From assembly GCF_011386835.1 (NCBI RefSeq), contig NC_088795.1:75950001-76014000 (forward strand): a stretch of 64,000 bases of DNA. Direction: 5' to 3'. The notes beneath the pieces are model-generated. The model did no database searches and was not told where the DNA came from. It saw only the letters and a program-made list of their open reading frames with translations. The DNA is from Chrysemys picta bellii. Its lineage: Eukaryota. The position numbers and the translations under genes are program-made. Of the stretch, positions 63,225 to 64,000 are shown one piece after another; the stretch's first letter is position 1, and every line of letters starts with the position of its first letter.

Positions 63225-63355
63225 CTTGGCTGGAAGGCTGAGTCCCTTAAAACCCACCTGAGAAACTACCAGCAGGAGTTAGCACAACCTGAGAGAATGA
63301 AGGCACATTCACTTGACCAGGGGGCACTCACAGGAGGTGTGTGTCATCCCATTAT
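61777..63355. mobile_element. stack of LTR-like elements (61777-62344, 62346-~63180, ~63220-63355)
   Basis: tgtga..tcaca termini; TSDs not resolved. Confidence 0.5.
63165..63223. repeat. head-to-head (CA)8 / (TG)20 microsatellites
   Basis: Direct reading. Confidence 0.9.
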
Positions 63356-64000
63356 AGAGCCCCCAGGATGGACTTGGATATGATAGAGTTCTCTTTGATA
63401 TTATCAGAGAGATAAATACTATTGGGAATTGTATCATAGTGGAGACGTTAACTTCCCAGATATAGATTGGAGAATTAATGCTACTAATATTGCTGGGGCC
63501 TAGTTATTCCAGGATGTGATAGATGACAGTTTTCTTCATCAAATTGTCAGAGACCCAACAAGAGGTGATGCAATTTTAGACTTGGTTTGGGTAAGTAGTG
63601 ATGACATCATAGAAGAGCTGGTTATAGGAAGTAACTTTAGATTAAGTGATCACAAGCTGATTCAGTTTAAATTCAATGGAATGATAATTAAAACTAGGTC
63701 ATCAACCATTGTTTTTTATTTTAAAATGGCAGACTTTGGGAAATCAAGGGAATCAGTTAAAGAAATCAACTCGTCTGTAGAGCTCAAGGACTCAATGTGG
63801 ATGAGGCTTGGAATTTCTTCAAATTAACCACACAAAAAGGGTCTGAAATTTGCAACCCAAGCAAGGGGGGAAACTTCTAGGGAAAGTTTCATAGCCTGCA
63901 GATGACTAACCGCCTCAAAAAGGTTATTGGGAAGTAAAGAGAGCATATAGGAAATGGCAAAGGGGGTTGATCAGCAAAGAAAACTACATTGTGGAGATTA

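Larger units (their letters stand above)
61420..64000 (+). mobile_element. CR1 ORF2 endonuclease region split by nested LTR-like inserts (61777-~63355)
   Basis: LKYLYGNARSLS near 61466 and ORF 63516..63827 (PTRGDAILDLV..SDHKLIQF); the CR1 frame resumes after the inserts. Confidence 0.85.

Overview
64 kb of AT-rich, CpG-depleted vertebrate genomic DNA. The repeat families point to a turtle: a tRNA-headed SINE with a CR1-like tail, CR1 LINEs ending in (ATTCTATG)n, GC-rich hAT MITEs and Penelope-like 'gtggcacc..agactaac' fragments. This is an inference from repeat content only. One CpG-island promoter (~26.99-27.56 kb) appears to drive a minus-strand, multi-exon transcript running towards the window start. 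Several candidate exons have good splice sites, but I cannot name the gene or prove it is coding. Almost all listed ORFs are repeat-derived or chance. TEs dominate the rest: CR1, L2, RTE, a Gypsy gag/protease remnant, LTR-like pieces, a decayed 3.8 kb hAT with an intron-split BED-finger transposase, and many hAT and Harbinger-type MITEs with TSDs. The most striking signal is a set of short Penelope-like insertions that are fold-back palindromes and carry minimal hammerhead ribozyme motifs. One has a canonical core (42420-42459, minus). Two more form a perfect, spacer-less 178-bp palindrome about 350 bp upstream of the promoter. The window also shows several template-switch scars (micro-inversions, a templated insertion) and a 386-bp tandem duplication.
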